Positions 62,740 through 64,000 of a DNA stretch of 64,000 bases are shown one piece after another; the stretch's first letter is position 1; every line of letters begins with the position of its first letter. The notes beneath the pieces are model-generated. The model ran no database searches. It was not told the DNA's origin and saw only the letters and a list, made by a program, of their open reading frames with translations. Source of the stretch: the human T2T-CHM13v2.0 reference genome, Homo sapiens; assembly GCF_009914755.1 (NCBI RefSeq), contig NC_060938.1. One strand, 5' to 3'. The position numbers were made by a program, and so were the translations under genes.

Positions 62740-63596
62740 CTAGCACATGATAAGTACCCGTCAAGGAGGAGGATGCACTGCCTTCCTCTAGTCAAGGCTG
62801 AGCATGTGACCCAGCCAGGCAGTTAGAACCCTTCCTCCCTGATATTTCAGTCTAGCCTGGAGAGACCTAGGGATGAAGGAAAAAGAAACTCAAACTTAAA
62901 CACAGTCACTCACACGATTCCCTGCCCACTCACGCCGGATTAGATGTGTTCAGTACTGAGGACCAGATGAAACATCCATTTACTTTCCTTTCCCAGGCCC
63001 CAAGGGCCACCCAGGCCCTGCCCCTTCCAAGTCTGGGCTTTGTGCCTTCGGTCATTTGCCTCTCCCACTTCCTGTTGTCCATTCCCTTTTTGCTTAAGTT
63101 ACTCAGTTAACTTTTTGCTTAAGTTACTTAAGTTAGTTTTTGTTGCTTTTGAACAAAGAACCTGAGGGAGACATCTGGTAAATGATTTTTATAACAATTG
63201 GAGTTGGAAAAGATTTGGGAGACTAAGAGAACTGTCCAGAGCCCAGACCCAGGCGGAGAAATGCTGGCCCTGGGGCGGAGAGCACAGAGAACAGAAGCAG
63301 TACTGCTCCCACTGTGCAGAGCACAGAAACCTATCTTTGTTGTCTTGGTTGGATGAACAGAGATCTTAATATCTCCTTTTTTTTTTTCTTTCCAGGGTCT
63401 TGCTTTGTTACTTAGGCTGGAGTGCAGTGGTGTGATCATGGCTCACTGCAGCCTCAACCTCCTGGGCTCAAGTTATCCTCCCACTTTAGCCTCCCAAGAA
63501 GCTGAGCCTGTAAGTGTGTGCCACCACACCTGGCTAATTTTTGTGTTTTTTGTAGAGACGGAGTTTGGCCATGTTGCTCAGGCTTTAATATCTCTT

Positions 63597-63866
63597 TGAA
63601 ATGGTTTGGATGTTTGTCCCCTCCAAACCTCACGTTGAAATGTGACCCCCAGTGTGGGAGGTGGGGGCCTAGAGGGAGATGTGTAGCTCATGGGGAGGAT
63701 CCCTCATGAATGGCTTGGTGCCACCCCTTGGTGATGAGCGAGTCTCACTCTGTTAGTTCATGTGACAGCTGGTTGTTTAAAAGAGCCTGGCACCTCCTCT
63801 CCCTCTTTCTCCTCTGCCCCCCTCTCCATGTGACACACCTACTCCCCCTTCATCTTCTGCTGCGAT
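63597..63866 (+). mobile_element. MST (MSTB-like) MaLR LTR, interrupted by an Alu at the window end
   Basis: TGAAATGGTTTGGATGTTTGTCCCCTCCAAA start, GATCCCTCATGAATGGCTTGGTG motif. Confidence 0.7.
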
Positions 63867-64000
63867 TTTTTTTTTTTTTTTTTTTTTTGAGACAGAGTCT
63901 CACTCTGTCGCCCAGGCTGAAGAGCAATGGTGTGATCTCGGCTCACTGCAACCTCCACCTCCCGGGTTCAAGTGATTCTCGTGCCTCAGCCTCCCGAGTA

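Noticed and set aside
63088-63140. Short duplicated palindromic TTTTTGCTTAAGTTACT stretch
   Set aside because: Too short and AT-rich to distinguish from ordinary slippage

Overview
This is human (primate) genomic DNA, GC-rich and very Alu-dense, containing the 5' end of TTC7B on the minus strand. Coding exon 1 (39787-39907) lies in a CpG-island promoter, followed by a ~30 kb intron 1, exon 2 (9644-9798) and exon 3 (4208-4376); the gene continues past the window start. The upstream ~24 kb holds a full-length MER11 (HERV-K11) solo LTR, a MER1A DNA transposon, a second CpG-rich CCAAT/GC-box promoter (~51.7-52.0 kb) that probably drives a minus-strand spliced lncRNA, MER21/L1MB/MST relics and a 24-bp VNTR. 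Almost all ORFs in the track are Alu or GC-content artefacts. I find no evidence for a new protein-coding system. The most interesting signals are: (i) a cluster of local templated rearrangements in intron 1 (a ~475-bp diverged duplication, an inverted copied flank fused to a tail-less Alu, and a 46-bp templated insertion inside an Alu); (ii) a stop-free, in-frame exon 2-3 circRNA candidate flanked by inverted AluSp/Sq elements; (iii) a young AluYa5-lineage element that replaced half of an older Alu; and (iv) a splice acceptor formed by the MER11 LTR edge plus its target-site duplication. Repeat subfamily names are by-eye recognition, not RepeatMasker output.
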